Shown here: piece after piece, positions 7,856-17,663 of the stretch
How the letters are laid out: each line of letters starts with the position of its first letter
Position numbering within the stretch: position 1 is the first letter of the stretch
Source of the DNA: a virus
Length of the DNA stretch: 64,000 bases
IMG/VR virus record: IMGVR_UViG_3300030320_000049
Strand: one strand, 5' to 3'
Notes under the pieces: model-generated
The model's input: only the letters and a program-made list of their open reading frames with translations
Database searches by the model: none
What the model was told of the DNA's origin: nothing
Position numbers and translations under genes: made by a program

Positions 7856-8293
7856 TTAGTATGATTTCCAAGGTCTATAGTTATCTCCATTATGCGCTGT
7901 AAAGTGGCGAACGTTATTATCAATATCCCACACTTCTATAGTAGAATAACTTGAATATAATCTGCAAACAGTTATTGATTGCCTATTACTTGTGCATGGA
8001 TTTGATAAATTAGGATAGTCTGATTTCCATGCAGCAAATTTTATTCCAGTACCATCAGCTAATTTAATAAGTATCTGATCCCATGTTGCAGATGCTGTTA
8101 ATCCAATTTGAGATAAGGAACTGTAGAATTTAAAATTCGTGTTTAGTGCATTAATCCCTAGCGCCTCTTTCAACTGCGCTATAGTAATCTTCTGGGTTGT
8201 AGAGCCGTTCTCCAATACCACGATATCCGTATCCGATACTTTGGTAGCTGCTGGGAGAGCTGATATTAGTGTACTTGGTATAGATTCAGACAT
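7856..8293 (-). CDS. tail fibre / receptor-binding protein (145 aa)
   Basis: Last gene of the tail module. The N-terminus ...ALPAATKVSDTDIVVLENGSTTQKITIAQLKEAL resembles conserved phage fibre N-termini (from memory). Confidence 0.6.
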   Translation of the reverse strand: MSESIPSTLISALPAATKVSDTDIVVLENGSTTQKITIAQLKEALGINALNTNFKFYSSLSQIGLTASATWDQILIKLADGTGIKFAAWKSDYPNLSNPCTSNRQSITVCRLYSSYSTIEVWDIDNNVRHFTAHNGDNYRPWKSY

Positions 8294-8299
8294 TTTTCA

Positions 8300-8476
8300 T
8301 CAATCCTTTCTTGGAATTTTTTCAATTACTTTATTATTCTTTGTCATCAGGCACTTGCCGTCCTTTGTGGCCAGTGCGTATACTTTGTCGATGATCTTCA
8401 CGGACAGGACGAAGCTTGCTCTGGCGGTGACCGGGTTCGGTGTCATTTTTACATCGCTGATTAAAATATTCGCCAT
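8300..8476 (-). CDS. small ORF (58 aa), probable tail-associated protein
   Basis: Own translation MANILISDVKMTPNPVTARASFVLSVKIIDKVYALATKDGKCLMTKNNKVIEKIPRKD. It fills the gap between two tail genes. Weak RBS. Confidence 0.4.
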   Translation of the reverse strand: MANILISDVKMTPNPVTARASFVLSVKIIDKVYALATKDGKCLMTKNNKVIEKIPRKD

Positions 8477-8477
8477 A

Positions 8478-8747
8478 TCACTTCACCGCCACTTCTACTT
8501 CTGCAATCAACTTTTCGTCCAGGATTTCATACATCACTCTAAGTTTATATCTACCTTTTTTCTGCGGCTGTATAACCACATCAAGAATATGTCCTTGTAT
8601 TACCGCAATGCCACTATCTTCAACTTCTTGTGTTCCTTTGTAAAGCAACTCATAGGAAGCTCTTTCGATTAGAAAATCGGTACCTTTGCAGGAGCATATT
8701 CTTAGTTTTATATGTTTCTTTTCTCCGAATTCAAAATCCACATTCAC
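8478..8747 (-). CDS. hypothetical tail-module protein (89 aa)
   Basis: Track ORF in operon context. Confidence 0.55.
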   Translation of the reverse strand: MNVDFEFGEKKHIKLRICSCKGTDFLIERASYELLYKGTQEVEDSGIAVIQGHILDVVIQPQKKGRYKLRVMYEILDEKLIAEVEVAVK

Positions 8748-9048
8748 AGTTGCAACCTCCTATTAACTCTGCATAATACTCGGATTTTTCTAAAACCGCC
8801 CGATACTGTGGCTCTAATAACTCTTCATAATACGGACACGGCTCAATGTGAACACACATAGAAGATATATCTATGGTAATAATGTATCTTGCTATATATG
8901 CGGTATTTCCAGCTTCATCAACAGCGGACATGTCAACTACATAAGCGCCGTTAAGGCTTTTGGGGATGATGGCTTCCCATCTATCCCCTTGTGCCCTTGC
9001 GAATGAGATAATGTTTCCATTGATAGTACCCCTTAATGCTACTACCAT
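8731..9048 (-). CDS. Ig-like-fold tail-module protein (105 aa)
   Basis: Carries the motif VDEAGNTA, which is also repeated in the upstream gene. Confidence 0.6.
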   Translation of the reverse strand: MVVALRGTINGNIISFARAQGDRWEAIIPKSLNGAYVVDMSAVDEAGNTAYIARYIITIDISSMCVHIEPCPYYEELLEPQYRAVLEKSEYYAELIGGCNCECGF

Positions 9049-9064
9049 GTTTCCACCACCTTTA

Positions 9065-9976
9065 TCAGTCGGTAACCTCTACAGAGATTACAACGGTTTT
9101 TTCAGTATCAACCGGGTTCGGTGTTAATGTTACGGACTTGATGACAGGAGCCTTAGTGTCCAGTTTCACAGTTCTGGTTACAGTGGTACTCTTTCCGGCA
9201 CTATCAGTAGCCACTACGGTGATGGTATTGGTACCCTCAGTAAGAGTAATTACCTTAGACCAGGAGCCATCAGAAGCAACGGTTGCCGCCTCTGCGCTAC
9301 CACTATTCAGTTTGACAGTAACAGATACTGGGCTGGATGTTGCATCGTTTGTTGTACCACGAACAGTACAGGAAGCCTGGTTGGTAACAAGACCATCTGT
9401 CGGTGATGTAACGGAAAGTGTCGGCGGTACGGTATCAATTTTGAATGAAACGCTCTTCTGTGCTGCCGCATTTCCATCATAGTCAGACGCATTTACAGTA
9501 ATTGTATGGCTCCCGTCTGACAGGGCAGTACCAGGAGTATAAGTACATCTGTAACCGCCAGAAATAGTAGTCTTGGAAATACTGCTTCCCGTAATTTTAC
9601 TTCCAGAATCAATGGTGATACCAATGGTGGAAGGATCCACACCAGAATCATCATCGGTTATTGTCCAGACAATGCTTGGTTTGTTATTTGTAATCAGTGC
9701 GCTGGCTGTCGGGTATGTTATTGTTGAAATCGGCGCAACTTTTTCTCTTACCTTTAACTGTAATGAACTTCCTAACGTTGAATGACTAGCATCTGCTGTT
9801 TCTGCGTTTCCAGCATCATCAGTAGCTCTGATTGTTACCCCATAATAATGTCCCGATTGATTATAGCTGGATTTACTAGGGGCTGTAATCGTTCCATCAT
9901 ATCGTCCAGTAGAACTGTTATAGGTTAGACTTACGGTCTGTCCATTTACTGTAGCTTGTACTGTTTTTACACTCAT
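9065..9976 (-). CDS. tail protein with repeated bacterial Ig-like domains (303 aa)
   Basis: Repeated ...TDDAGNAE / SDYDGNAA / TDSAGKST... beta-domain signatures. Confidence 0.65.
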   Translation of the reverse strand: MSVKTVQATVNGQTVSLTYNSSTGRYDGTITAPSKSSYNQSGHYYGVTIRATDDAGNAETADASHSTLGSSLQLKVREKVAPISTITYPTASALITNNKPSIVWTITDDDSGVDPSTIGITIDSGSKITGSSISKTTISGGYRCTYTPGTALSDGSHTITVNASDYDGNAAAQKSVSFKIDTVPPTLSVTSPTDGLVTNQASCTVRGTTNDATSSPVSVTVKLNSGSAEAATVASDGSWSKVITLTEGTNTITVVATDSAGKSTTVTRTVKLDTKAPVIKSVTLTPNPVDTEKTVVISVEVTD

Positions 9977-9980
9977 ATTC

Positions 9981-12900
9981 TCATTCCTTTCGTGAAATAT
10001 TGTTGATAAGTTCTTTTAATTCCTGTACTTCTGTTGACAAAGCATCCAGTTTTGAATGCAGTTCCTGGTTGTCCGCTTGGAGAGCCAGGATTTTCTCATG
10101 GTCATTTTTCAGCATGGCAAACATGCAGGGGATTATAATACGGTAATTCCAGTTTTCAGCTTTGCCTTTTTCATTATGGTCAACGGCTAATGGAAATCTG
10201 CGGTCAATGTCCTCAGCTATGAACATCGGCATTTCTTTGCCATAGCGTTCATCTTGTTCGGATAAATATCCGTCTTTGTACTTCGCCCAGATTACCTTGA
10301 TTCTGTAGAGGTCTTCCAGTTCATCTTCTTTTATGTTTTTTCCGTTTCCTATTGATTTGTAACGAATCGAAGATGCAGCAGCCGCATTAAGAGTTTTCAT
10401 ATCAGATGCAAAAACAACAGCTGCACTTGCACTAGAGTTCCACGGCAGACCACTCATCGTAACGGACTTATGAAAATTAGCAGAATCATGAAAGTCTGAT
10501 TTAACATTTACTATCATGGAACCTGAGTTTACTGTTTTGCCACTAAAAAACTGAAAAGCTGTTTTTCCATCATCAGAATAACCATAAATATCATTTGTTA
10601 AAATGGTCATTGTGCCATTATCGTTAACCAAAAGAGGCATTTCTAGATTCAGTAATCCTGCTGAATCGGTTACTCCGTACTTAATTCCGCTTGAATCAAA
10701 AATAAGGCATTTATAGTTATTTTCATTTACATAATCTTTAAATATGGTTAATCCGTCAGGATCAAGCTTACTAGCCCATCCAGTTTCACGGCGGTTCAGT
10801 ACCTCTAATATCCCATACCCATTATTTTTACCGCCAAGCTTTAATGTGCCACCCTTGGCGTAAGTGAACGAAATATATAGCTGATTTCCCTCTTTATAAA
10901 TTCCTTTAATTGCGCCATCATTGGTTAAGAGGTTAAATATTTCTTCATGTGTAAGTGCATCTACATCAATTACAACCGCCATACTTTGGGAATCTAATGG
11001 TTGTGAAAATCCACCCGCCGCGTATAAGGTACATTTTATGGTACTTACATCTCTTGGAATTCCAATTGACCTTCCAGAAGCCGTTGTTATAATTCCTCCC
11101 GCTTTAGTTGATAATACCGTATATAAATTATGTGAAACGCTTGTTTCGTCTTTCGCAGAAGAATATACCGTTTTCCAATTTTCCCCATCTACGGATTCTT
11201 CGATTTTAAAACGACCTTTATATGCTGTTCGTGTTTCCGCGTTTCCATCGCGATACCAAGCACTCAAAGTAATATAGCTCGGGGCTACACTGCCATTCGC
11301 GCGTTGCTTAATAACATATGATGGGCTTTCAAGAAAATATGTTCTACCCGGAACTCCTTGTTCTCCCTTAATCTTTGTCCATGAATAGGCACCGGGGTTA
11401 GTGCTATCGGCTTCCGTATAATCTGTATACTGCCCGATGTATTCTTTTCCAGTGCTATCAGATACATCAAAGCCCATCTTACCATCCGCGCTGTTTGCGT
11501 AAGCTACATGGAAATATGGTGTTCTTCCGTCTGTTCCAGGTTTTCCTGGAGATCCATTTGCCCCATCTGCACCTTTTACAAGCGTCCATGCATAATCATC
11601 CGGGTTAGTGCTATCTTGTAGTCCAAAATCAACATATATACCGATATATTCCCGGTTACTATCAGACACCGAAAAATCGGTTTTACCATCTGCGCTATTG
11701 GCATAAGCAATATGGGTGTAACTTGTTTTTCCATCTCGTCCAGGTTCTCCCGGAAGACCGTTCTTTCCATCGTTTCCCGCATAAATTTTTGAAATGGAAA
11801 ATCTTTTGGTCACCGTCAAAGCACTAAGATAAGTTGCCCTAACATCTACCCAACCATCATCGGCTGACAGCCCCGTTACCGTATATGTCTTTGCTGAATT
11901 GTTCCAGATTCCTGTTATACTATCTGATTTTGTGATTATAAAATTACAATCATCTGTAATATCTTGTGTCCCGTACATTACTACAGCATGTGTAATCACA
12001 TCGCTAGGAAATGTGCCGTAATTTCCATCAGAATCAACAGAAACGCCCTGGTATTCATTGCTCAGTTGCAATGTCATGTTTTTGGCGAGAGCTGCCGCTT
12101 CCTGTGCCTGTTTCGCTGCCGACAATGCGTCCTCAGAATCTTTCAGTGCCTTTGTAACGTCCGTATCTTTCAGCTGTTTCCAATAATATCCATTGCCTTC
12201 ATTTACAAAGCGGTATGCGTGGCTATCGCCATCGTAGTAAATGTCACCGACATGCTTGCTCATTTCGGTATCGTCCAGCCATTCATTGGCCGGATAATTG
12301 CTCAATGTAGGTACTGATGTTCCTGTCCAGGTATTTATATTCCCATCGATCTGCCCCTGCATACTGTTTAACAGTCCATCCAAAGGAGATGCACCAATCC
12401 TAATTGAGGATCCATCCATTATTAATTGATGTTTAGTTATATCGGCAGAAAATATAATATTTCCGCTATTATCACGAACCACCAAGGCTCCCGTCTTAAT
12501 CCAGTCAGCATTAACACCTGTAGCCGTAAGGATTCTGGCAATCACATCACCATCGACCGTCATACCGCCATTCCAATGTTGTCCACCATCTGTAGATACC
12601 GCCCATGCTTCTGCGGTCATTTTCCATACAATGTCAGAATCGGATAGCTGTGGTTTGTTGTGAAGATAATAGATATTGCTTCCGTCCGACTGTGTTTCCA
12701 CTGTCGTGTATGTTCCAGAAGATTCCGCAAGGCGTTGTGATAATTCTTCCAGCGCTTTTTCCATAGAAGTACGCTCATCTCTTAAGCTTTTTCTATATTC
12801 AGATTGTGCCTGTTGATTAAGGGTATATTGCTTCTGTTTGTTTCTTGAAACACTCTTCGCACTGCATTCTAATTGTTCAAAAGTTCCCGGGTTCAATGTA

Positions 12901-13901
12901 AGAGAAGTTAAATAACTCTTATGTTCTTCCCCATTCCTATCAGTGATTGTAATAGCATCCCCTGCTTCCAAAGCAATATCGGTTAGCGCGCTGGTTGTAA
13001 AAGGACGAAATTTTAATCCAACACATCTTTCAGCAATTATTGAGCAAATCGTTTGTCCAGTCCCCGGTTGTATTAGCTTATTTTCGCTAATATCTATGAT
13101 GTACCCCTCATCCCCTGATTGATATGTTTTAGCGTTACTTTCAGATGAATTGCTTGAATACTCCGTTACTTTTACTCCTGTTATTTCAAGATCGTATAAC
13201 CAAGGGGTAAATCCACTTGTATCTTTGGAGGTAATATTAGCTGGAATATTAGATTCTTTTTCATACCATCCGATACACAATCTTCCGTATGCATCTGTTT
13301 TCGCCCACTGGCAGCCCATCTGCGCAACCCATGCAATTACCTGTCGGAAAGTAATACTGCTATCATCTGGTCGATTCTGGATTACAAAATCATCGTTATC
13401 AAATCTTGTTGATTGCAGTGTAACTCCGCACACCTCACAAGCATCCTGGATGATCTGTAATCTTGTTGCCGGATAAGACAGTTTACTTTCTGAATAATCG
13501 CGATCAAATAATCGCATGGAATCTTCACAGGTTAGGCTGATAATTGCAGTGCTTTGATATGGAGCATCTGTTACCGTCATAGTACAGATACGGATTTTTT
13601 CAATGCCAGTAGATAATTCAAGTCCAATATAGCAAACAACTCTTGCTCCGTCCCAGATGTAATCTGTGTACTTTCCAGAAAAGTTGTTGATCTGCAAAGT
13701 CAATTTATTTATAATAGCTGCGCCAATATCAAAGGAACCATTTTGTGATACTGCATCCTCAAACTTGAAGCCATTAGACCATAAGTCTTTGTCGGTAATG
13801 GATAATGTGCTTCCATCCGTAAAGGTAAAATCTGCATATTTCAGATAGTTACGGTTCCCACTATTCTGTTGTTCTTTAAATTCCGTTGATAAATTTCGCA
13901 T
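9981..13901 (-). CDS. tail host-specificity / anti-receptor protein with collagen-like repeats and a C-terminal S74 intramolecular-chaperone domain (1306 aa)
   Basis: Size and position after the tape measure. G-X-Y runs (GLPGEPGRDG, GSPGKPGTDG). C-terminus ...SSIRYKSIG...MPMFIAEDIDRRFPLAV...coiled coil, typical of auto-cleaving fibre chaperones. Confidence 0.85.
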   Translation of the reverse strand: MRNLSTEFKEQQNSGNRNYLKYADFTFTDGSTLSITDKDLWSNGFKFEDAVSQNGSFDIGAAIINKLTLQINNFSGKYTDYIWDGARVVCYIGLELSTGIEKIRICTMTVTDAPYQSTAIISLTCEDSMRLFDRDYSESKLSYPATRLQIIQDACEVCGVTLQSTRFDNDDFVIQNRPDDSSITFRQVIAWVAQMGCQWAKTDAYGRLCIGWYEKESNIPANITSKDTSGFTPWLYDLEITGVKVTEYSSNSSESNAKTYQSGDEGYIIDISENKLIQPGTGQTICSIIAERCVGLKFRPFTTSALTDIALEAGDAITITDRNGEEHKSYLTSLTLNPGTFEQLECSAKSVSRNKQKQYTLNQQAQSEYRKSLRDERTSMEKALEELSQRLAESSGTYTTVETQSDGSNIYYLHNKPQLSDSDIVWKMTAEAWAVSTDGGQHWNGGMTVDGDVIARILTATGVNADWIKTGALVVRDNSGNIIFSADITKHQLIMDGSSIRIGASPLDGLLNSMQGQIDGNINTWTGTSVPTLSNYPANEWLDDTEMSKHVGDIYYDGDSHAYRFVNEGNGYYWKQLKDTDVTKALKDSEDALSAAKQAQEAAALAKNMTLQLSNEYQGVSVDSDGNYGTFPSDVITHAVVMYGTQDITDDCNFIITKSDSITGIWNNSAKTYTVTGLSADDGWVDVRATYLSALTVTKRFSISKIYAGNDGKNGLPGEPGRDGKTSYTHIAYANSADGKTDFSVSDSNREYIGIYVDFGLQDSTNPDDYAWTLVKGADGANGSPGKPGTDGRTPYFHVAYANSADGKMGFDVSDSTGKEYIGQYTDYTEADSTNPGAYSWTKIKGEQGVPGRTYFLESPSYVIKQRANGSVAPSYITLSAWYRDGNAETRTAYKGRFKIEESVDGENWKTVYSSAKDETSVSHNLYTVLSTKAGGIITTASGRSIGIPRDVSTIKCTLYAAGGFSQPLDSQSMAVVIDVDALTHEEIFNLLTNDGAIKGIYKEGNQLYISFTYAKGGTLKLGGKNNGYGILEVLNRRETGWASKLDPDGLTIFKDYVNENNYKCLIFDSSGIKYGVTDSAGLLNLEMPLLVNDNGTMTILTNDIYGYSDDGKTAFQFFSGKTVNSGSMIVNVKSDFHDSANFHKSVTMSGLPWNSSASAAVVFASDMKTLNAAAASSIRYKSIGNGKNIKEDELEDLYRIKVIWAKYKDGYLSEQDERYGKEMPMFIAEDIDRRFPLAVDHNEKGKAENWNYRIIIPCMFAMLKNDHEKILALQADNQELHSKLDALSTEVQELKELINNISRKE
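11368..11781 (-). repeat. internal tandem duplication (2 x about 69 aa) inside the host-specificity gene
   Basis: Units G.PG.PG.DG.T.Y.H.AYANSADGK..F.VSDS..EYIG.Y.D....DSTNP..Y.WT..KG. Coordinates are approximate. Confidence 0.7.
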
Positions 13902-13904
13902 ATC

Positions 13905-14270
13905 TTACCTCTCGATAAAGTCAAAACTAAGTCCTTCCATGCGCTCATTTCCAACCCACCAGCACTTAAAAGGGGATTCCCTGTCACCAACATAAAATGT
14001 TCTTGTTTCGTGCTTATTTGCGGATAACAGGTCTGGATATGTGACCTGTATGTACTCTGGGTTTACCGCCTGTATAATCTTGCAAGCAGTGTCCCAATCT
14101 GGAGCATTCCAACCTACAGACAGTTTCCTTTTCTGTCCAACTCTGTTTTTATGCATGGTCGTATCGTCGGTTCTGCCGGATTCTGATGCCGATATATCCT
14201 GTAATCCCCATGTAAAAGAAGAAGGACAGGGCATTGCTACCCCATCCACTTTTAAAAATGCTTCTGCCAT
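13905..14270 (-). CDS. tail component (121 aa)
   Basis: Track ORF directly upstream of the host-specificity gene. Confidence 0.6.
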   Translation of the reverse strand: MAEAFLKVDGVAMPCPSSFTWGLQDISASESGRTDDTTMHKNRVGQKRKLSVGWNAPDWDTACKIIQAVNPEYIQVTYPDLLSANKHETRTFYVGDRESPFKCWWVGNERMEGLSFDFIER

Positions 14271-14280
14271 ATGCTAACCC

Positions 14281-14940
14281 TCATGCAATCATTTTTGTTG
14301 CTTCGCTTCGGATAAATTCTTTAATTTGCTGATATCCCCATCCGCAATTAATAAGGCTACTTACAAGCATTTCCATACTCTGAACTTTCGCCAAGTCATC
14401 ACCTGTGAAGAAATCTCTAAGATTCTCTTTTGCTTTTACTCCATAATCACTTTCAAGCTCTTTTGCTGTCTTTCCGAACAAATTGCGATAAATCAGATTT
14501 GTATAATTTGGATAAGCAAATCTCTTATTTGGGCTTTCTGTTATTTTCATCTTAATTGTATCTGTGAGGATATGCCGAATAACAACACCCTTGTCACGTT
14601 CAATTTGCCATTGCTGGCGTTCTGTATATAAGCGTTTTAACTCGCTTTCCATCTTGTTGAAGGCTTCAATATACTTAATTTTCCATTGTAAGGCTTTTTC
14701 ACCAGTAAAGCCCATTACGAGCAAGGAAAAACCATCTCTATCCATTTCGTACATTGGATATTCTTTTCCACGGTTCTTATATGTTGTAAGTTGAAAAAAT
14801 TTGGCGGCTGAATTATCAGCCACGAGATTTTCAATTGATTGTAGAACATTCTTATGTTCTTTCTCAAAAACCTCTGCAACTTTCAGACTTGTTGTAATAA
14901 GTTTCTCTTCGTATCTTTTTCCAACGATTTCTACCAGCAT
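14281..14940 (-). CDS. Rha-family phage regulatory protein with ORF6C C-terminal domain
   Basis: ...ITTSLKVAEVFEKEHKNVLQSIENL...YEMDRDGFSLLVMGFTGEKALQWKIKYIEAFNKME is Rha-like. The C-terminus is paralogous to that of 19664..20359. Confidence 0.8.
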   Translation of the reverse strand: MLVEIVGKRYEEKLITTSLKVAEVFEKEHKNVLQSIENLVADNSAAKFFQLTTYKNRGKEYPMYEMDRDGFSLLVMGFTGEKALQWKIKYIEAFNKMESELKRLYTERQQWQIERDKGVVIRHILTDTIKMKITESPNKRFAYPNYTNLIYRNLFGKTAKELESDYGVKAKENLRDFFTGDDLAKVQSMEMLVSSLINCGWGYQQIKEFIRSEATKMIA

Positions 14941-15053
14941 AAATTCATATCTCCTTTATGATTTATTTTTTGGCAACAAAAAAGCGCCTACCCCGAAAGG
15001 TAAACGCTTTAAAATTTGCTTATTATGATTTTATATTATAACATACGGCGAAA

Positions 15054-15080
15054 GTATCATTCAGTATACTTCGGTATCAT
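15054..15080. promoter_or_regulatory. copy 1 of a 27-bp motif GTATCATTCAGTATAYTnnnGTATCWT
   Basis: gtatcattcagtatacttcggtatcat. The same orientation recurs at 28836 and 38055. Confidence 0.5.
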
Positions 15081-15192
15081 TTATTTTATATAAATTTTAG
15101 TTCCATAAACTTTTTTTCAAATTTCCTATTCCACTATTCATTTTGGAGTGGTAAAATATGTATATCATACTGATTTAGGGAGGAAAACGCAT

Positions 15193-16089
15193 ATGAAAAA
15201 ATCCAAAAAGTTACTGGCAGTTTTGACCATAATGTTACTGATTGTCTGTATGGTAGTTCCAGTATCGGCGGCTGGCAAAATCAACAAGAAAAAAGCCACT
15301 TTGAAAGTCGGTCAGACATTACAATTAAAAGTAACTGGAACAAAAAGAAAAGTAAAATGGACAAGTAGTAAGAAATCTGTTGCAACGGTATCTTCTAAAG
15401 GACGAGTAAAAGCTAAGAAAAAAGGATCCGCAACGATTACTGCAAAGGTCGGCAAAAAGAAATACACTTGTAAAGTTACCGTGAAAAAGGCTTCTAACGG
15501 CAATGGTGGTTTTGGAGGAAATCCTAGCACTAACAGTAGCGGTAAGAAGAATATTGTTACATATCATGCAGAATCTACACCGTATGGAGCTGTGGCAATT
15601 CTTGAAAATCATTATGATTATGCAGTACGTGTTAGAGTTGAGTTTGTTTATTTTTTGAATGGTTCTATGATTGGAACGGATTCTGATAGTATATACGCTT
15701 TTGCTCCACATTCAAAATGTGCGCTTCAAGGTTGGAACGCTGACAAGACCTGGGATTCTTTCAAAGTTAATTTAAAAATTGAAAAAGCTTCTTCAAGCCT
15801 TATTTTGAACAATTCCGGAATACACTATTCAGCTAATTTTGGAACTGGAAATGTTATGGTAAAAGTAACTAATAATGGAAAAAGAAACTCTTACACAACT
15901 ATTGCAGTCGTATTTTACAAAGATGGAAGAATAGTTGGATATGATTATCAATTTGCTCACGTTGAAAATCCTGGTTCAACTGCTTATCTTGAATTTAGAT
16001 TCCCTCACAATAGGAATTACGATACAATAACGCCAGATAAATTTGAAGTATATGTTAATGATTCTTACACATATAATTGGATGAACTAA
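15193..16089 (+). CDS. secreted Big_2 (bacterial Ig-like group 2) domain protein
   Basis: Signal peptide MKKSKKLLAVLTIMLLIVCMVVPVSAA. Big_2 motif ATLKVGQTLQLKVTG...VATVSSKGRVKAKKKGSATITAKV. RBS tagggaggaaaac upstream. Confidence 0.8.
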   Translation: MKKSKKLLAVLTIMLLIVCMVVPVSAAGKINKKKATLKVGQTLQLKVTGTKRKVKWTSSKKSVATVSSKGRVKAKKKGSATITAKVGKKKYTCKVTVKKASNGNGGFGGNPSTNSSGKKNIVTYHAESTPYGAVAILENHYDYAVRVRVEFVYFLNGSMIGTDSDSIYAFAPHSKCALQGWNADKTWDSFKVNLKIEKASSSLILNNSGIHYSANFGTGNVMVKVTNNGKRNSYTTIAVVFYKDGRIVGYDYQFAHVENPGSTAYLEFRFPHNRNYDTITPDKFEVYVNDSYTYNWMN

Positions 16090-16095
16090 AATAAA

Positions 16096-16117
16096 GGCTA
16101 GGGAGAAATCCCTAGCC
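16096..16117. terminator. bidirectional hairpin terminator
   Basis: ggctaggga-gaaa-tccctagcc between convergent genes, flanked by A/T runs. Confidence 0.7.
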
Positions 16118-16125
16118 TAATCATT

Positions 16126-17052
16126 TTAATACCCTACTTGAGTGACCCCATACTCTGCCTGTTCAGAAGTAAAGCCATCAAATTCCAATTGTTGAATCAG
16201 CCCATCTCTTGAAAAACTTGTAATATCCAAATAACTTTTAGCAGATTTTTCAGCTTGTCTATTCCAACTTGCTCCACAAAAGTCTGCTGCATATTTAGCT
16301 TCTTCATCTGTATATTGTGAAAATTTCAGTTGTTGAATTATTCCATTATAAGAAAACGAATTTATATCTAAATAGTCTATAGCTTCTTTCAGCGCATTTT
16401 TCTTTCCAAGCGGTACTTGTGGTGTATCTTCGCATTTTGAGATAGTGCAATCATATATATAATCTTGCGCAGAAATTGAATCTGGTTTTAAAAATATTCC
16501 CTCAACAGTAACGTAATCTCCCACCTGTAGTTTTAATACATTTGAGTTATTGCTTCTTACGAACATTGCAAATTCATCATATCCTGTATATGTTATAGAA
16601 TTATCAATTGAAATTTCAACACGATATGCGCCAGCCTTATTAACACTATTTGCTTGCCATTCTTGTTCTGTCGGAAGCTCTATGGTCTGTAACACATATC
16701 CATTTATTTTTACCTTATCTCCCATTGAAAAGTCTGGATAATCATTAATTTTTTCTGAATATATTTCTTTGATTACATCTTCGTAGTGGATTTCTGTATC
16801 CGCAGAATCATCAGAATCTCCAAATATCTCTGAATGGCTCATTTTATAAGTTTTCAATTCCAAATCTTCCCACAAATCCTTGCATACAGAAAATACCGCT
16901 TCTGTTTCTTCTTCTGTTGCTGGTTCTATTTGTGTTGTTTCTTTAGTTTCTTCCTTTTGTCCGATTTCCCACTTAAACGCCATGACAGGTGTCGCAGTCA
17001 CCAAACTCGCCATCACGGTTGCAGCAGCAATAACTCTTTTTACTTTCTTCAT
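16126..17052 (-). CDS. Ltp-like surface lipoprotein (superinfection-exclusion type)
   Basis: Signal peptide. Two C-terminal repeats A..YL....FS..G.IQQL.F..(Y/F)T.E.A.Y matching the Lipoprotein_Ltp pattern. Confidence 0.75.
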   Translation of the reverse strand: MKKVKRVIAAATVMASLVTATPVMAFKWEIGQKEETKETTQIEPATEEETEAVFSVCKDLWEDLELKTYKMSHSEIFGDSDDSADTEIHYEDVIKEIYSEKINDYPDFSMGDKVKINGYVLQTIELPTEQEWQANSVNKAGAYRVEISIDNSITYTGYDEFAMFVRSNNSNVLKLQVGDYVTVEGIFLKPDSISAQDYIYDCTISKCEDTPQVPLGKKNALKEAIDYLDINSFSYNGIIQQLKFSQYTDEEAKYAADFCGASWNRQAEKSAKSYLDITSFSRDGLIQQLEFDGFTSEQAEYGVTQVGY

Positions 17053-17115
17053 ACATACGTACCTCCCAATACTTGATACCCATATTGTACCACCTTGGGA
17101 CGTATTCTGGAAGCA

Positions 17116-17340
17116 CTATTTCGCTTTTCTATCAATTTCCGCAGTTACGGCAACCAAAAGAGCTTCGGCAAATTTCGCTCCGAAAGAATCAGCGTATTTA
17201 TCGTGAATTTGCATTGCTTCCACGGTGAGATTTTCCCACTGTGGAATATCATCCTTTGAGATAAAGGCGTACTTCTTGTGAAGATTCCATATATCTTGCC
17301 AGATGGAGAAATAAGTCTGTTTAAAGTCCGTCAATACCAC
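17116..17340 (-). CDS. hypothetical protein (74 aa)
   Basis: Track ORF, overlapping its neighbour in operon style. Confidence 0.55.
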   Translation of the reverse strand: MVLTDFKQTYFSIWQDIWNLHKKYAFISKDDIPQWENLTVEAMQIHDKYADSFGAKFAEALLVAVTAEIDRKAK

Positions 17341-17663
17341 TTCTCCTTCAGCTGATTAATCGGTGTTCCGGCAACTCCGGCACTTTCTCCGCTGTCTGTT
17401 GCCTTGAAGTATGCGCCTGGAGTTTGCGGATACATAAATTCAAACATCAAATAATTAGCTGCATCGCAAAGATATTCTGTGTTCCCTGTCTCACGATACT
17501 TTTTGATGCACATATCGTGGGATTCCAAGGCGTTTACCAACTTCTCCCCGAAGTTATCCTTTGCTGTGCCATATTTGTAAAAGCTTACCTCAACCCTATT
17601 CTGGCGTAATTCATCGAAACGGTCTGAATATTCTGTTGGAAGTTCTGTTCCTATTTTGCTCAT
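17331..17663 (-). CDS. hypothetical protein (110 aa)
   Basis: Track ORF. Confidence 0.55.
   Translation of the reverse strand: MSKIGTELPTEYSDRFDELRQNRVEVSFYKYGTAKDNFGEKLVNALESHDMCIKKYRETGNTEYLCDAANYLMFEFMYPQTPGAYFKATDSGESAGVAGTPINQLKEKWY

Noticed and set aside
7738-7923. A 61-aa hydrophobic ORF as a holin upstream of the lysis region.
   Set aside because: It overlaps the 3' end of the tail-fibre gene in another frame and has no RBS. A much better holin candidate exists at 27985..28278.
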